From contig NC_086108.1 in assembly GCF_963921235.1 (NCBI RefSeq), positions 60,638,001 to 60,702,000 of the forward strand: a stretch of DNA of 64,000 bases, written 5' to 3'. The notes under the pieces were generated by a model that was given only the letters and a program-made list of their open reading frames with translations, did not search any database and was not told where the DNA came from. The position numbers and the translations under genes are program-made. The first letter of the stretch is position 1; every line of letters begins with the position of its first letter. The stretch is from Mobula hypostoma (taxonomy: Eukaryota). This document shows, one piece after another, positions 38,643 to 52,186 of this stretch.

Positions 38643-40464
38643 CCAAACTACAATATCTGCCTATCTGGATTCCATTTTGTCACCCTTAGTTCAGTTCCTC
38701 TCCACCTACATCCGGGATACATCCCATGCCCTCCACCTCTTCAATAACTTCCAGTTCCCCGGTCCCGACCGCTTCATTTTCACTATGGATATCCAATCCC
38801 TATACACCTCCATTCCCCATCAAGAAGGCCTCAAAGTCCTCCGCTACTTTCTGGATAATAGACCTCACCAGTTCCCCACCATTACTACCCTCCTCCGTTT
38901 GGCGGAACTTGTTCTCACACTCAATAACTTCTCTTTTAGCTCTTCCCACTTTCTTCAGACTAAGGGTGTAGCTATGGGAACTCGCATGGGCCCTAGCTAT
39001 GCCTGCCTCTTTGTTGGTTATGTGGAACAGTCTGTGCTCCAAACCTATTCTGGTACTGCTCCCCAACTTTTCCTTTGATACATTGACGACTACATTGGTG
39101 CTGCTTCCTGCACCCATGCTGAGCTCGTCAATTTCATCGACTTTACTTCTATCTTCCACCCAGCCCTCAAATTCACTTGGTCTGTCTCGCACACTTCTCT
39201 CCCCTTTCTCGATCTCCAACTCTGGAGACAGACTGCCCACTGATATCTTCTACAAGCCCACTGACGCTCATAACTACCTCGACCATACCTCTTCCCACCC
39301 CGCCACATGCAAAAATGCCATTCCCTATTCCCAGCTCCTCTGTCTCCGCTGCATCTGCTCCCAGGATGAGGTTTTCTGTTCCAGGACCTCACAAATGTCC
39401 TCTTTCTTCAAGGATCGTGGTTTCCCTTCTGCTGTCATCAATGATGCCCTCACCCGCATCTCCTCCATTTCCCACACTTCGGCCCTCACCCCATCCTCCC
39501 GCCACCACAACAGGGACAGAGTTCCCCTTGTCCTCACCTACCACCCCACCAGCCTCCGGATCCAGCACATTATCCTCCGCAACTTTCGCCACCTTCAACA
39601 GGACCCCACCACTAAGCACATCTTTCCCTCTCCACCCCTCTCCGCTTTCCGCAGGGATCGGTCCCTCCGCGACTCCCTGATCCACACGTCCCTCCCCACG
39701 GATCTCCCACCCGGCACTTATCCCTGTAAGCGCAAGTGCTACACCTGTCCCTACATCTCCTCTCTTGCCACCATTCAGGGCCCCAAACAGTCCTTCCAGG
39801 TGAGTCAACACTTCACTTGTGAGTCTGTTGGGGTCATCTATTGCATCCGGTGCTCCCGGTGCGGCCTCCTCTACATCGGTGAAACCGACGCAGATTGGGG
39901 GACCGCTTCGTCAAGCACCTCCACTCCGTCCGCCACAACAGACAGGATCTCCCAGTAGCCACCCACTTCAACTCTGCTTGCCACTCCCATTCAGATATGT
40001 CCATACAAGGCCTCCTCTACTGCCATGGTGAGGCTAAACTCAGGTTGGAGGACCAACACCTCATATACCGTCTAGGTAGTCTCCAGCCCCTTGGTATGAA
40101 CATAGAATTCTCCAACTTTCAGTAATTCCCTCCCCCTTCCTTCCTCTATCCCTACGCCCCTTCCCCCAGCTGCCTATCACCTCCCTCATTGTTCTGCCTC
40201 CTTCTACTACCCATTGTGTTTTCCCCTATTCCTTCTTCACCTTTCCTGCCTATCACCTCCCTGCTTCCCCTCCCCCACGCCTTTATCTTTCCCCTTACCG
40301 GTTTTTCACCTGGCACCTACCAGCCTTCTTCTTCCCACCCTCCCCCCACCTCCTTTATAGGGCCTCTGCAGTCCTGACGAAGGGTTCTGGCCCGAAACGT
40401 CAACTCATCGTTTCCACGGATGCTGCCTGACCTGCTGAGTTCCTCCAGTGTGTTGTGAGTGTTG
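38643..40464 (+). mobile_element. Penelope-like element (second subfamily), 5'-truncated, disrupted ORF
   Basis: MDIQSLYTSIP, GVAMGTRMG and GVIYCIRCSRCGLLYIGET; 13-bp TSD caatatctttcaa / cagtatctttcaa (38630-38642, 40465-40477). Confidence 0.92.
40370..40405 (+). ncRNA. Minimal hammerhead ribozyme, intact core
   Basis: agtc-CTGACGA-agggttctggccc-GAAA-c-GTC/aact. Confidence 0.75.
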
Positions 40465-41059
40465 CAGTATCTTTCAAGATCTATTTTGGGCCCAATATAT
40501 TTATACAATTGCTAAGAAGGCACAACAGCAGCTATATTTCATTAGGTGTTTGAGGAGAGATGATATGTCACCAAAGAAACTCGCAAATTTCTACAGATGT
40601 ACTGTGCAGAGCATTCTAAATGATGAATCACTGTGTAGTATGAGGGGCCACTGCACAGGATCAGACATAGCTTTAGAAAGTTGTAAACTCAGCCAGGTTA
40701 TCATGGGTACTAGACTCCCCAGCATCCAAGACAGCTTCAAAAGACGTCATCCATCATTAAGGATGCCCATCACCCAGGACAGGTCTTCTCATTGTGACTA
40801 AAAAAGGAGAGATAGGAGCCTGACGATACACACTCAACTTTTCAGGAACAGCTTCTTCCCCTCCATCAGATTTCTGAATAGAAAATGAACCCATGAACAC
40901 TACCTCAGTATTTTTCCCTCTCTTTTTGCACTATTAATTTCATTTGTTTCTTTTTTATATAACTTATTATTATTTATAGTTTGTATTATTATGTATTGCA
41001 ATGTACTGCTGCCACAAAACAACAAATATATGGAAGTGATATTAAAACTGATTCTAATG

Positions 41060-41592
41060 GATATCGTATTCAGTTTTGGTCACTTCATTATTGGAAAGAT
41101 GCAGAAAGCTTCAGAGAGGGTGCAGAGGAGATTTACCAAGATGCTGGCTGGATTGGAGGGCATGTCTTACGAGGATAAGTCCAGTGAGCTAGGGCTTTTC
41201 TCTTTTGAGTGAAGGAGGATGTGAGGTAACTTGACAGAGGTGTACAAGATGATAAGAGATACAGATCGAGTAGATTGCCAAAGATCCTTTCAATGGGTGG
41301 AAATGGCTAATACCAGGGGACATAATTTTAAGGTGATGGGAGGAAAGTATGGGCGGGTTGGGGGGATGTCAGCGTTAAGTCTTTTTACACAGAGAGTGGT
41401 GAGTGCATGAAACACCCTGTCAGGGGTGGTGGTTAAGGCACTTAAGAAACTTCTGGATAGATACATGGATGATAGACAAATTGAAAGGCATGTAGTAAGG
41501 AAGACTTAGATTGCTTTTCACATAGGTTAAAAGGTCGGCACAATGCTGTGGAGCAAAGGAACAGTACTATGCTGTAGTGTTCCACGTTCTAA
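41060..41592 (+). mobile_element. CR1 3' fragment
   Basis: ERVQRRFTKMLAGLEGMSYEDK..ELGLFSFE. Confidence 0.78.
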
Positions 41593-43270
41593 TTTAAAAA
41601 CAAGAAACTTACTGTATTTATCCCTTTCTCCCCTCCACCACCCCAACCTGGAGTAATAGAATCATCAACAAATGACTAGAACCATGAATATTAACTGAGC
41701 AAATACCCCAAGCAGATCCTCTTCTGCCATTTCTTTGAGAGGCTAATGGGGAAGCACAATACTGTAATAACTAGTGGAGCTGGGAAACACAAACTTGAAT
41801 CTCAGAGTTTCCACAGGAGTCCCAAAACTTAGCAGTGATTACTAATGCCAAGTCTCAGCAAAGGTCTAGATTCATGTGTTGCCACCCGAATATCTGTTAA
41901 TGATAGTGATTGATTAATAAATGATGGCAAGTCAACTTGCCTGGCAACCATTTGAGCTCAATAAGAATACTTGTATCCACATGAAAAAGTATAACTCTGT
42001 TTCATATTTCATTGAATACACGGCACCTTTGATAGTGCAGCATTCTCTAAGTATTACATGCCCAATTCACATCTTGTTTTGCAGTGCACTAACTCTTTCT
42101 GAAGGTGATTATGTGTGTATTTTAAGGGAGGGCAAGCTGCACATAAAAACCCACTGCAGGCACCTGTGGCTGTAAAGAGAGAGGTCTGCTCGGGTCCATA
42201 ACTTCATTAACTGAAGCCAATAGTCTTACCATTGATACTATGACAAATTCCCAAATATGCACTGAATACCACAGCTGCATTTCTGACACAAGATGATCAT
42301 TTATCCAAGATGACAAACTGGAAGATTTTGGAAGTGTCTACAAGTTATCTATTATACGTGTGTAATATCATGGTAAACCCAGGAGCTGTCTGTGCTAAAA
42401 ATGTACATATACTGTATATATTTTCAGAAAAAGTAAATACACTGAGAACAGTTATATGATTTCCTGAGTTTTCCCTTATGAGAAATGAAACCAATTGTAG
42501 TCTCACCTATCATTGCCTATCAATAATTCCAGTTCCCATAAGAAATGGGAGTAGGAGTAGGCTGCTCTGCCATTCAAAAAGACCTTGGCTGATCTCTCTA
42601 ATTGAGAATATGAGTTAATGTTAAACTTTGTGTTTTAGGTTCATACACGCTGTACCCTGGATTCAAATTGCCTAACTAAACCGCTCCAGACTCAAAGGTG
42701 AAAATGAATTGAATATGCTTTTGATAAAGTATTGGAAAACATATTTGTGTAAAGAGCCACTATTCCCCAAAGTTAAGGTAAAATAATCAGCAGTTCAATT
42801 TCCCTCCTTGGAAATCAATTAACTTGTTGGTTGTAAAGTCACTAATTAAGAGGATTTTCATGGCTCATCTCGAACCACAACTCTGCTGCACCACAAATCC
42901 TTCTATCTTCCTACTTATCTCCTATGTATTTTTATATATAACTCAGGACCTCTGCTATAGCATGGATATATTTATCTTTGAACAAAGATATGACAAGAAA
43001 TTTCATAGTTATGTGAAAGAGCTACTTGCCTCAACATGATGGAACTTTCAATCTTTCTCACTCTTTCTTCCTCAGTGCAACTTACATTTAGAATATATTA
43101 AAGCATATAATAGTGCATATAGCTTTAAAATGGTTTAAACATTGTTCTAAGAGGTGTAAGTAATTAATCTTTAATTTGCTTTTTTCTCTTATTAAACTTT
43201 GAAAACCAAAATGACTTTTTCCTCTGACAATCAGCAATTTCAAATCTTACTGCTATTTAAATCAACTTAC

Positions 43271-43419
43271 CTAAGAAAAATCCCTTTGATGTTAGGCGTG
43301 GATTCAAAAGCATTCTCTGGAATGACAGAAATTTGATTGTTCTGAAGGTAAATGTACTGAAGAGACTCAGGTAGATCAGTAGGAATATGGGAAAGCTGAT
43401 TGCCTGATAAATCCAAAAG
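43271..43419 (-). CDS. PODN: Podocan coding exon (149 bp)
   Basis: On -: tcttcag acceptor and gtaagt donor. Encodes [49 protein letters not shown](R). Confidence 0.93.
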
Positions 43420-44221
43420 CTGAAGATAGAATACAACAAATGTAAATGGACATTGAAATATGTTCAGCATCCTAGTTATTAGCACAATGCAAATTATTTT
43501 AATTGTCCTCAGGTGCTTTGTTAGTCTTTTGCTTTTAGCTAACTGAATTGAAAGGTCTATTGTGTAGCAGGTGGTCCAAAATTTGCAATTAAATCTCCTT
43601 TAAGAATATAAATCCTCTGAAAATTTCCTTCATCCCATTCTTCAATCTCTTCTCTGCCCTGAAATTCTTTTGACTGACGTTTGAATCAGTAAAGCTGCCA
43701 GTTTTATCATTTCTTCATAAGCCTATTATCACTTGACATAACAAATCCTCTCATTAATTTTAAATTATTACCAAAAAGCAAAACATTACAGATGCTGGAA
43801 TTCTGAAGAACTGAAAATATTAGAAATACTCAACAGATCAGGAAGCATCCATGTAGAGAGAAACATATTACCATTTCAAATCAATGACTTGGCAGCAATC
43901 TTCAGTTCTGATCAAAGATCTGACTTGGTCCAACCAAGCAGAGTTCAATGCCAAGAAGGCCCACCAGCGCCTTTACTTCCTGAGAAAACTAAAGAAATTT
44001 GGCCTGTCTCCTAAAACCCTCACTAATTTTTATAGATGCACCGCAGAAAGCATTCTTCTAGGGTGCATCACAACCTGGTATAGAAGTTGTCCTGTCCAAG
44101 ACCGAAAGAAGATCATGAACACGGCATAGCACATCACACAAACCAATCTTCCATCCTTGGAACACACATCAAAGTTGCTGGTGAACGCAGCAGGCCAAGC
44201 AGCATCTATAGGAAGAGGCAC

Positions 44222-44257
44222 AGTCGACGTTTCAGGCCGAGACCCTTCGTCAGGACT
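44222..44257 (-). ncRNA. Minimal hammerhead ribozyme, intact core (sense to PODN)
   Basis: On -: agtcctgacgaagggtctcggcctgaaacgtcgact. Confidence 0.85.
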
Positions 44258-45183
44258 AACTGAAGGAAGAGTGAGTAAGGGATTTGAAAGCTGGAGGGGG
44301 AGGGGGAGATGCAAAATGATAGGAGAAGACAGGAGGGGGAGGGATAGAGCCGAGAGCTGGACAGGTGATAGGCAAAAGGGGATACGAGAGGATCATGGGA
44401 CAGGAGGTCCGGGAAGAAAGACGGGGGGGGGGGTGACCCAGAGGATGGGCAAGAGGTATATTCAGAGGGACAGAGGGAGAAAAAGGAGAGTGAGAGAAAG
44501 AATGTGTGCATAAAAATGAGTAACAGATGGGGTACGAGGGGGAGGTGGGGCCTAGCGGAAGTTAGAGAAGTCGATGTTCATGCCATCAGGTTGGAGGCTA
44601 CCCAGACGGAATATAAGGTGTTGTTCCTCCAACCCGAGTGTGGCTTCATCTTTACAGTAGAGGAGGCCGTGGATAGACATGTCAGAATGGGAATGGGATG
44701 TGGAATTAAAATGTGTGGCCACTGGGAGATCCTGCTTTCTCTGGCGGACAGAGCGTAGATGTTCAGCAAAGCGGTCTCCCAGTCTGCGTCGGGTCTCACC
44801 AATATATAAAAGGCTTAACAACACCTTATATTCCGTCTGGGTAGCCTCCAACCTGATGGCATGAACATTGACTTCTCTAACTTCCGCTAGGCCCCACCTC
44901 CTCCTCGTACCCCATCTGTTACTCATTTTTATGCACACATTCTTTCTCTCACTCTCCTTTTTCTCCCTCTGTCCCTCTGAATATACCTCGTGCCCATCCT
45001 CTGGGTCACCCCCCCCCCGTCTTTCTTCCCGGACCTCCTGTCCCATGATCCTCTTGTATCCCCTTTTGCCTATCACCTGTCCAGCTCTCGGCTCTATCCC
45101 TCCCCCTCCTGTCTTCTCCTATCATTTTGCATCTCCCCCTCCCCCTCCAGCTTTCAAATCCCTTACTCACTCTTCCTTCAGTT

Positions 45184-45219
45184 AGTCCTGACGAAGGGTC
45201 TCGGCCTGAAACGTCGACT
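45184..45219 (+). ncRNA. Minimal hammerhead ribozyme, intact core
   Basis: agtcctgacgaagggtctcggcctgaaacgtcgact; predicted GUC cleavage between 45215 and 45216. Confidence 0.85.
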
Positions 45220-47241
45220 GCGCCTCTTCCTATAGATGCTGCTTGGCCTGCTGCGTTCACCAGCAACTTTGATGTGTGTTGCTTGAATTTCCAGCATCTG
45301 CAGAATTCCTGTTGTTTCCATCCTTGGACTCACTTTACACCGCACGCTGTCGGAGCAGTGCTGCCAGGATAATCAAGGACACGACCCACCCAGCCAACAC
45401 ATTTTTCGTCTCTCTTCCCTCTGGGAGAAGGCTCAGGAGCTTGAAGAATCGTATGGCCAGATTTGGGAACAGCTTCTTTCTAACTGCAATAAGACTGCTG
45501 AACGGATCCTGACCCGGATCTGGGCCGTACCCTCCAAATATCCGGAGCTGCCTCTCGGTTTTTTTGCACTACCTTACTTTCCATTTTTCTATTTTCTATT
45601 TATGATTTATAATTTAAATTTTTAATATTTACTATCGGTTTGTAATCCAGGGAGCGGGAAGCGCAGAATCAAATATCGCTGTGATGATTGTATGTTCTAG
45701 TATCAATTGTTTGGCGACAATAAAGTATAAAGTAAAAGTAAGATCATCAACCTAAGATACTGTTTCTCTCTTCACAGATTCTGCCTGACCTCTTTTTATA
45801 TTCTTGTATACTTTCACAATGTTGAAGGATGTCATTCAGACTGTGGATCATAGAGAAATCCCATTAATTTCATTGCCACACTCATTTCTCTGTAACCTAT
45901 TGTCTCTCACTCACCTATTAAATACCCACCACTCTGCTTGTTTTAGGGCATGGGAAGAGATCAGAGTGGTCACAGGGGGAGTATGCTAACTCCACACGGA
46001 CACGGCAGAAGGCCAGGATCTAACCCAAGTCTCTTGAGCAACGAGACATCACAGTTAACTAATGCACCAGTACGCCACCGTGCTCGATATTTCTTGCATT
46101 TTCTACAGATAATTCTAATTTTTCAAACCATCATCATGCACTGATAGAAATCACAGGCTTGCATCATTTAAGCTAGCAAGTCCATTAAACTAAGAACTTT
46201 TGAAATTCCCACTGTACATGTTTGAAAGCCTGAATGAATCCTATTATTCCACATCCAAATGCCCCCTTTTCTCAGCAACATAAAATTTTTGATTTCTAAC
46301 TTTTTTTTTAGTTTGGTGAAAGATCATCAAACTGAAATATTAACTATTGTGTCTCCACAGTTGCTCTCCATCTGAATATTTCCAGCATTTCTATTTTTAT
46401 TTCTCCTTAATCATATTGCAACAGAAAATTCTGATTTACAACTGCAAAACTACTTCCTTACCCATTCATAATACATACCTGATATATGTAATAATAATGA
46501 CAGATTACACTAATACTCAAAAAGTTGACTAGTTATGATTAATTAGTTTTCATTTTGTTTTTGAGTTACCAAAAACAAATGTGTTACCTAGATATCTTGA
46601 TCTCCAACCTATCTCACAGGTGTTCCCTTTGCCCTCTCCACCGTACGACCTTTACGCAGTTTAAACTTAAGTTTTAATTACTCTCCCCCCACATCTTTAC
46701 AAGTTCTGGTAAAGGTCATTGACCCGTAACATTAACACTGCTTTTTCTCCACAGATGCTGCCTAACCAGCTGAGTACCTCAATCACATTCTGTTACCTTT
46801 TCAGGATTCCTGTATCTGCAATTTATTTGTTTTTCAAGTAAACTGATATCATCAGCATTGTTTGGGCACCGAACCTAACGATCCAAAAACTAAAGGAGGA
46901 GAAAAGCATTTCCACTTCCGATCGGAATTTCATTTCCAGTCCTACCCCCTCACAGGCAATTAGTTCCACTTGCCTCTGAAAAAGCCTCTGGCTAACTTCA
47001 AAACTTTAGAACTGTTCCTTCTCGTCCTTGTATGATCTGCTAATGAAAATATTTTCTGTAAACATTATCTAAATGCTTCATAACTTTGTTCACTTCTCTA
47101 GTGAGGACAAGTACAGCTTCTCCAACCTAACCGGGTAGCTAAAATCCCACTTTGCGGGAACTAGTCTATGAAACCTCTTCCACACCCTTGCAAAGATTGA
47201 CTACCCTTCTCTCAGTTTAGATGATAATGATAATTCTTTAC

Positions 47242-47899
47242 CTGGAGTGCAGGCAGTTGTTTCCATGCTCCTGAATAGACCGAGTTCAGTTTAAGTTTGT
47301 TATTACTCAGGAAGAGCTCCTTAAGTTTTGTCATTCTGGAGAGTGAGCCATCAGGAATTGAGCTGATTTCATTTTCCTTTAGCTTCAATATGTGCAAATT
47401 CTTCGGCAGACCACTGGGCACTACATTCAGGTTATTTCCAGAAAAATCCAACGATTCAAGCAGCCTCATTTTCCGGAATGCTTCAGGGTGGATTTTTGGA
47501 CTTGTTAGTTTGTTGTAACTCAGATTAAGTTCTGTCAAAAAATATGTGTAAGCAAAATCATTTCTGGAAATTTCTGAGATCTGATTGTGGAGAAGCATTA
47601 ACGTCTTCACCCGCCGCGGTAAGCCACTTGGGATCCTTTCAAGCAAATTATTGTAGAGGTGAAAGGTATGGAGCTTTTTAAGTCCCTTGAACGCAAGTGG
47701 GTGAATTGCTTTTGCCCTTATCTTGTTATTATGAAGCAAGAGGTATTCAAGATTTTTTATCTGTGTCAGCCAGTTAGCAGGTACTGACTTAATGGCATTT
47801 TTCTCCAAGTGCAGGAGGATAATATTTCGAGGTAACCCTCTTGGTATTTGAGTCAGATTGTTGCTCGACAAATCCAGGTATTCCAAGCTTGACAGTTTC
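47242..47899 (-). CDS. PODN: Podocan large LRR exon (658 bp)
   Basis: On -: ctttaag acceptor and gtaaag donor. Encodes [37 protein letters not shown]...AWKQLPALQ, tandem LxxLxLxxNxL repeats collinear with recalled human podocan. Confidence 0.95.
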
Positions 47900-48809
47900 C
47901 TTAAAGCAACAAGAACTTAAGTAATGCACAATCATACACATGCTACAAATATTTGTATATTAGTGGGAAGGGGACTGTCCTAGGATGGTTTCAGGTAAAA
48001 CTTAGCTGCAATGCAGTATGTCATTTTATTCTGCATACTTTCCACCTTGTATGTAAGATTCTTAGAAAGCACACAGAATTACTTTGGATGAGGAACAATA
48101 AGGGAGATCATTTTGGATGACTGATGATCTATGAATACTTCATTTTGAGGATCAGATAGCCAGTGGCTATTATACTGGACTATTAAAGGTCTGCACTCAC
48201 ATCAAAATTTATTCACTTAATGTTACATTAGTGTCTAGTATATCACTCAGTTTGACAATCGCCATCTTTCTTTTCAAATCCCTCCACAGCCTCATTGCAC
48301 TCAATCTCGGCAGCTTTTGAAATTCTACAAACCTCTAAAATTAATGGAAAAATAATAATGAAGTTTGAGTCATATTTTTTGGGAGTGCACTTTCTGAAAA
48401 TAACAATCCCTTCCTGCATGCAAGCCTGCACGGAACATATTGTATTTTTTGCCTTTCATTTGCTGTTCACAACCCAGTTCATAAGGTTAGTCAGCCTACA
48501 ATATAAAACAACATTTTCATGTGGGAGTCACGCTAAGTCAGTAAACATGTAATAAAATGGAAAGGACCGCATCAATATATTGTACATTTTCAATTAAAGA
48601 ATCAGTTGGGAAACAATAGCAATTTGATTTAAAAGAGCAGATATGTAGATTTGCAGGAACAAAGCAGGAATTTGCTAAGAAATATACCAAATAGAATCAA
48701 GAATTTCAAAAAATCTTTTTTAGATTTTTTCCAAAGTCCATCCTTGACATTTTATGGAGTAGAATGAACAGAAGTTATAACCAGTGTCGGCTTAACATGC
48801 AAAACTTAC

Positions 48810-48925
48810 CAAAATGTTTCATTGTCCATTCCTTCATTGGTTATAAAATTATTGTGAAGGTATAGTTCACGGAGATTCAAAAGATGATCAAAAGCTCCCT
48901 TTGGAATCTTTTCCAGTTTGTTGTT
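48810..48925 (-). CDS. PODN: Podocan coding exon (116 bp)
   Basis: On -: tttacag acceptor and gtaagt donor. Encodes [38 protein letters not shown](W). Confidence 0.92.
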
Positions 48926-49017
48926 CTGTAAATATTTAAATATAAAAAGAATGTAACTAGGTAAAGTTATATTAAATGAAATAACAGCGAGTTATTTTCA
49001 AAATGACTTTTACATAC

Positions 49018-49174
49018 TTTTAAATGTAATCTGAACAGCCCTTTTGGCAAGTTCTTGGGAACATACTTCAGGAAATTACTGGACATGATTAATACTCCAA
49101 CACCATCAGATCCATTGAACATATGATCAGGTAATCCTGCATCTGTCAGTTTATTGTTATGGAGATAGATAGAC
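49018..49174 (-). CDS. PODN: Podocan coding exon (157 bp)
   Basis: On -: ccaatag acceptor and gtatgt donor. Encodes [52 protein letters not shown]. Confidence 0.92.
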
Positions 49175-49359
49175 CTATTGGAATTGAGAATTAAAAAAAA
49201 TAACTTTGTAAAATGTCATCAATATAACAACATGATAACAATTCAGAGAAAAGCTTATTATTTAGAATCTCTCAAATATATTTAAAGAGTAAATCCAGTC
49301 TGAACCAAACTAATTTAAACACACATCATATGTTTCTCTTTCATACAATGTATGTACGT

Positions 49360-50612
49360 AAGGATTCGGAGTAAGAGTAAAGCTGCTCTGCCACTTGCTG
49401 AGATTATGTCTGGGCTTCTACTTCAATAGCATTTCCTGCACTCTCTCTGTACCTTTTGATTTCCTCAACATCGAGAAATCTATCAGTCTCTGTTTTGATT
49501 GAACTCAATAACTGAGCCTCCATAGACACCCAGTGTGGAGAATTCTAAACACACATTACCTGCTTGTGAAGAACTTTCTCTTGATCTCAGTCTGACACGA
49601 CCTACTATTTATTCTGAAATTATTACCCTGGGTCTAGGGAAGGGAAACCATCCTTCCTGCATTCAGCCTTGTGAAGAATTTCATAAGTGTAAGGGGTTTC
49701 TTCTTTTATGTTACTGCGAAGGCTAACAAAATGGCTTCTTTGTTACGTTATAATTAAAATGGCTTTTCTGTAATAATAAGTGCTGAGAAAGTTCTCGCTC
49801 TAGCAGCTTGTTTGGGTTATAAAGAAAATTGTATTCATTTGCTAACCAATTGGGATAGATGTTATTCTTTCTTCTGTGTCTGTAAGCTATTGTTCACGGG
49901 CTTTGAGGGAGAGGATGCGATAGGGACAGAGAGAGGAGACATGATGCTGTGACCCTGGGCAGCAGGACCTACCCTGAGCGGGAGTCCGAGGCCCAGGGTC
50001 TTCGGCGAGGACAGGAGACGAAGACAGACTTGTGTGGAGCGTCTGGTCGACCAGCGTGGTTGGTCCCAGGTGATCGGAGGGGATCAAATGGTGGAAAGAA
50101 GACTCCATTAATTGAGCTCCAACTGTTGTGCACGAAGTGGTTGAACTTTGATAAGATTGGCGCCTTTTATTTTCCTTTTATATTTTATCTCTATTATAGT
50201 TCCAGCAAGATATATAAAGTGTAATCATTTAATTGCATATGGTGTATTGTCTGTTATTTGGCGGGGTGGGGTACATCACACAACATTCACACAAACTTGA
50301 TTACCCAGTTTGGCGGGGCCAAAGGCTGCTCCCCCTAGACGAAAGCGAGTTGAGCGAGCCTGAGGCTTACCAGGGGGCTACATTAGTTTTAATGAAACTT
50401 CCTCCCAATCTTTTTAAAGTCCAGAAAATACAAGTTTATACTACTCAATCTCTGCTCACAGAGCAACCCACCATACCTGAAGCCAGTCAGGTGCATCCAT
50501 CTGTGACAAACATATTGTTTTTTTTTAAGATACGAAGACCAAAACTGTATATAACACTCCAGGTGTAGTCTCAGCAAGGTGCTCCATAATTGCATGAAGC
50601 CATCTCAACTTC
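49360..50612 (-). mobile_element. Degraded CR1 3' fragment split by a solo LTR
   Basis: QLWSTLLRLHLECYIQFWSSYLKK (50389-50595) and CR1-like 3' UTR at 49360-49687. Confidence 0.65.
49688..50382. mobile_element. Solo LTR (695 bp)
   Basis: TGTAAG...GCTACA termini; taag/ttag 4-bp near-TSD; host CR1 sequence is continuous across it. Confidence 0.7.
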
Positions 50613-51649
50613 TGCATAGTCTAAAATCACAAGATTTGTGCATAGACCACAGGATTTAGTTTCATAAATCAGATACAATGCACTTTTTGTATTGTTGAAA
50701 ATTTAGTGGTTGACTTCAGAGGCAGTTACGAAGATGTGTCGTTAACAAATTTCACGACATATGCTGGTGATAATAAACTCTGATTCTGATTCTGATTCTG
50801 AAATACATTGCATTTACACAGGGTGATTTCTGGATATCCCCAAATTATTTACAACTAATCAACAGCTTTTGAATTGCTGTTTTCCAACAGCCAAGAGTAT
50901 TCTAATATTGATTCAGTTTTAATATTAACAAAGTGACTAATATTAGGTTAAGTTTTCATCGTTTTATTTTTGCAGCTTGTTTCGTCCTCTCCTGAGTATA
51001 TCCATTCATCTCTGAACTTTGGTTCAGTTGGTAGAGCTCTCGTGTCAGTAGGTTGTTGGTCTAAAGTCCTCTTCAGAGACAAGAACACAGTGGTTTAGAC
51101 AGGTATTGCGGTACTCTGGGAGTGCTATATTTTTGAATCTGCTGTCTAGGGATGAAACAAGAAGCCATTTGTAGATCTCATGATTACAGCATCATCCCTA
51201 GTGTCCTCACCAATATCTTCCTCCCATCTAACAATAGTAACATATAAATTATCTCATCATTTTCACACAACTATCTGTGAGAGCTTACCATTCATAAGTT
51301 GGCTCCTACATGATTACAAAATGACATTTAAACAGCTGAAAACTACTTTGGTATACCTGCAGTTGTGAAAGATGTATATAAATGCAAGCCTTTCTTTCTC
51401 CCTAGGTCTCAGTCATCTTCCCACTGATATTTATGCTGTACAAACTTGGACACGGATCTAGGCCAGAATAACTGATGACAAGGCTGGAGAATGATGTTGA
51501 ACTGTGTCCTCCAAAAGAGGATGTATTGCAGAATGATGATTTAGAACAGGATCAGGAGGAACTTATGTGGCAGCAATAGTTGAGTTTTATCTGAACTGAG
51601 ATTAAATGCACATCTCATCTCAGCAAGCCATCCTAGCTGAGGTAGTCTT

Positions 51650-52186
51650 CAAGTTCAAGTTCAGTTTATCATCATTCAACCATACACAGGAAAACCACAA
51701 AACGAAACAACATTCTTCTGGATCAAGGTGGACATCACAATACATACAAATCACACACATAACACAAAGTAATATTACTACAAATTAGTTAGCAAATACA
51801 GCACAACACTATAACACTCCTTGATGCTTCATACGTTATGAGACCTGAATGGTGACAGGCAGTTCAGTAGTCTCACAGCTCAGGGAAAGAAGCTGCTTTC
51901 CATCCTACAGTTCCTGTCCTAATGCTACCCGTACCTACGGCCTGATGGCGGGGGGAGAGGGTGAAAGAGATTGTTGGACAGATAGGAGGGATTATTGACA
52001 ATGCTAAGGGCTCTGTGTACGCTGTGATCCTCATAAATATCTCTAATGGGTGGAAGAGAGACTCCTCCATAATCTTCTCAGCAGTCCTTATAATCCTTTG
52101 TAGTGACTTGCAGTCAGATGCCTTGCAATTCCCGTACCAGACAGTGATGCAGCCGGTCAGGACACTCTTGATGGGGCTCCTGTTAA
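51650..52186 (-). mobile_element. Rex1/Babar 3' fragment
   Basis: SVLTGCITVWYGNCKASDCKSLQRIIRTAEKI; ttcaagttcaagttcag tail on +. Confidence 0.75.

Larger units (their letters stand above)
37400..41056 (+). mobile_element. Rex1/Babar LINE split by a Penelope insertion
   Basis: KASGPDGVPGKALKTCANQL and GAPQGC...; ...FKFLGVNI resumes after 40477 with KKAQQQLYFIRCLRR. Confidence 0.85.
44162..45315. mobile_element. Young Penelope fold-back insertion (about 465-bp inverted arms, 191-bp spacer)
   Basis: 44161-44625 is the reverse complement of 44817-45280 with only a handful of mismatches; perfect 13-bp TSD ttccatccttgga (44149-44161, 45316-45328). Confidence 0.93.
43910..45740 (+). mobile_element. 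Rex1/Babar 3' portion split by a Penelope fold-back
   Basis: DLTWSNQ...KKAHQRLYFLRKLKKFGL before 44161; LPSLDSLYTARC...LPSGRRLRS after 45316; aataaagtataaagtaaaagt tail. Confidence 0.85.

Noticed and set aside
42122..42316. ORF with a donor-like site on -, possible extra PODN exon
   Set aside because: No LRR pattern, and exons 43271-43419 and 35272-35443 already join in phase.
44161..45280. Long inverted repeats read as DNA-transposon TIRs
   Set aside because: The arms are Penelope endonuclease C-terminus plus 3' UTR with an asymmetric tail and a 13-bp TSD; no transposase.
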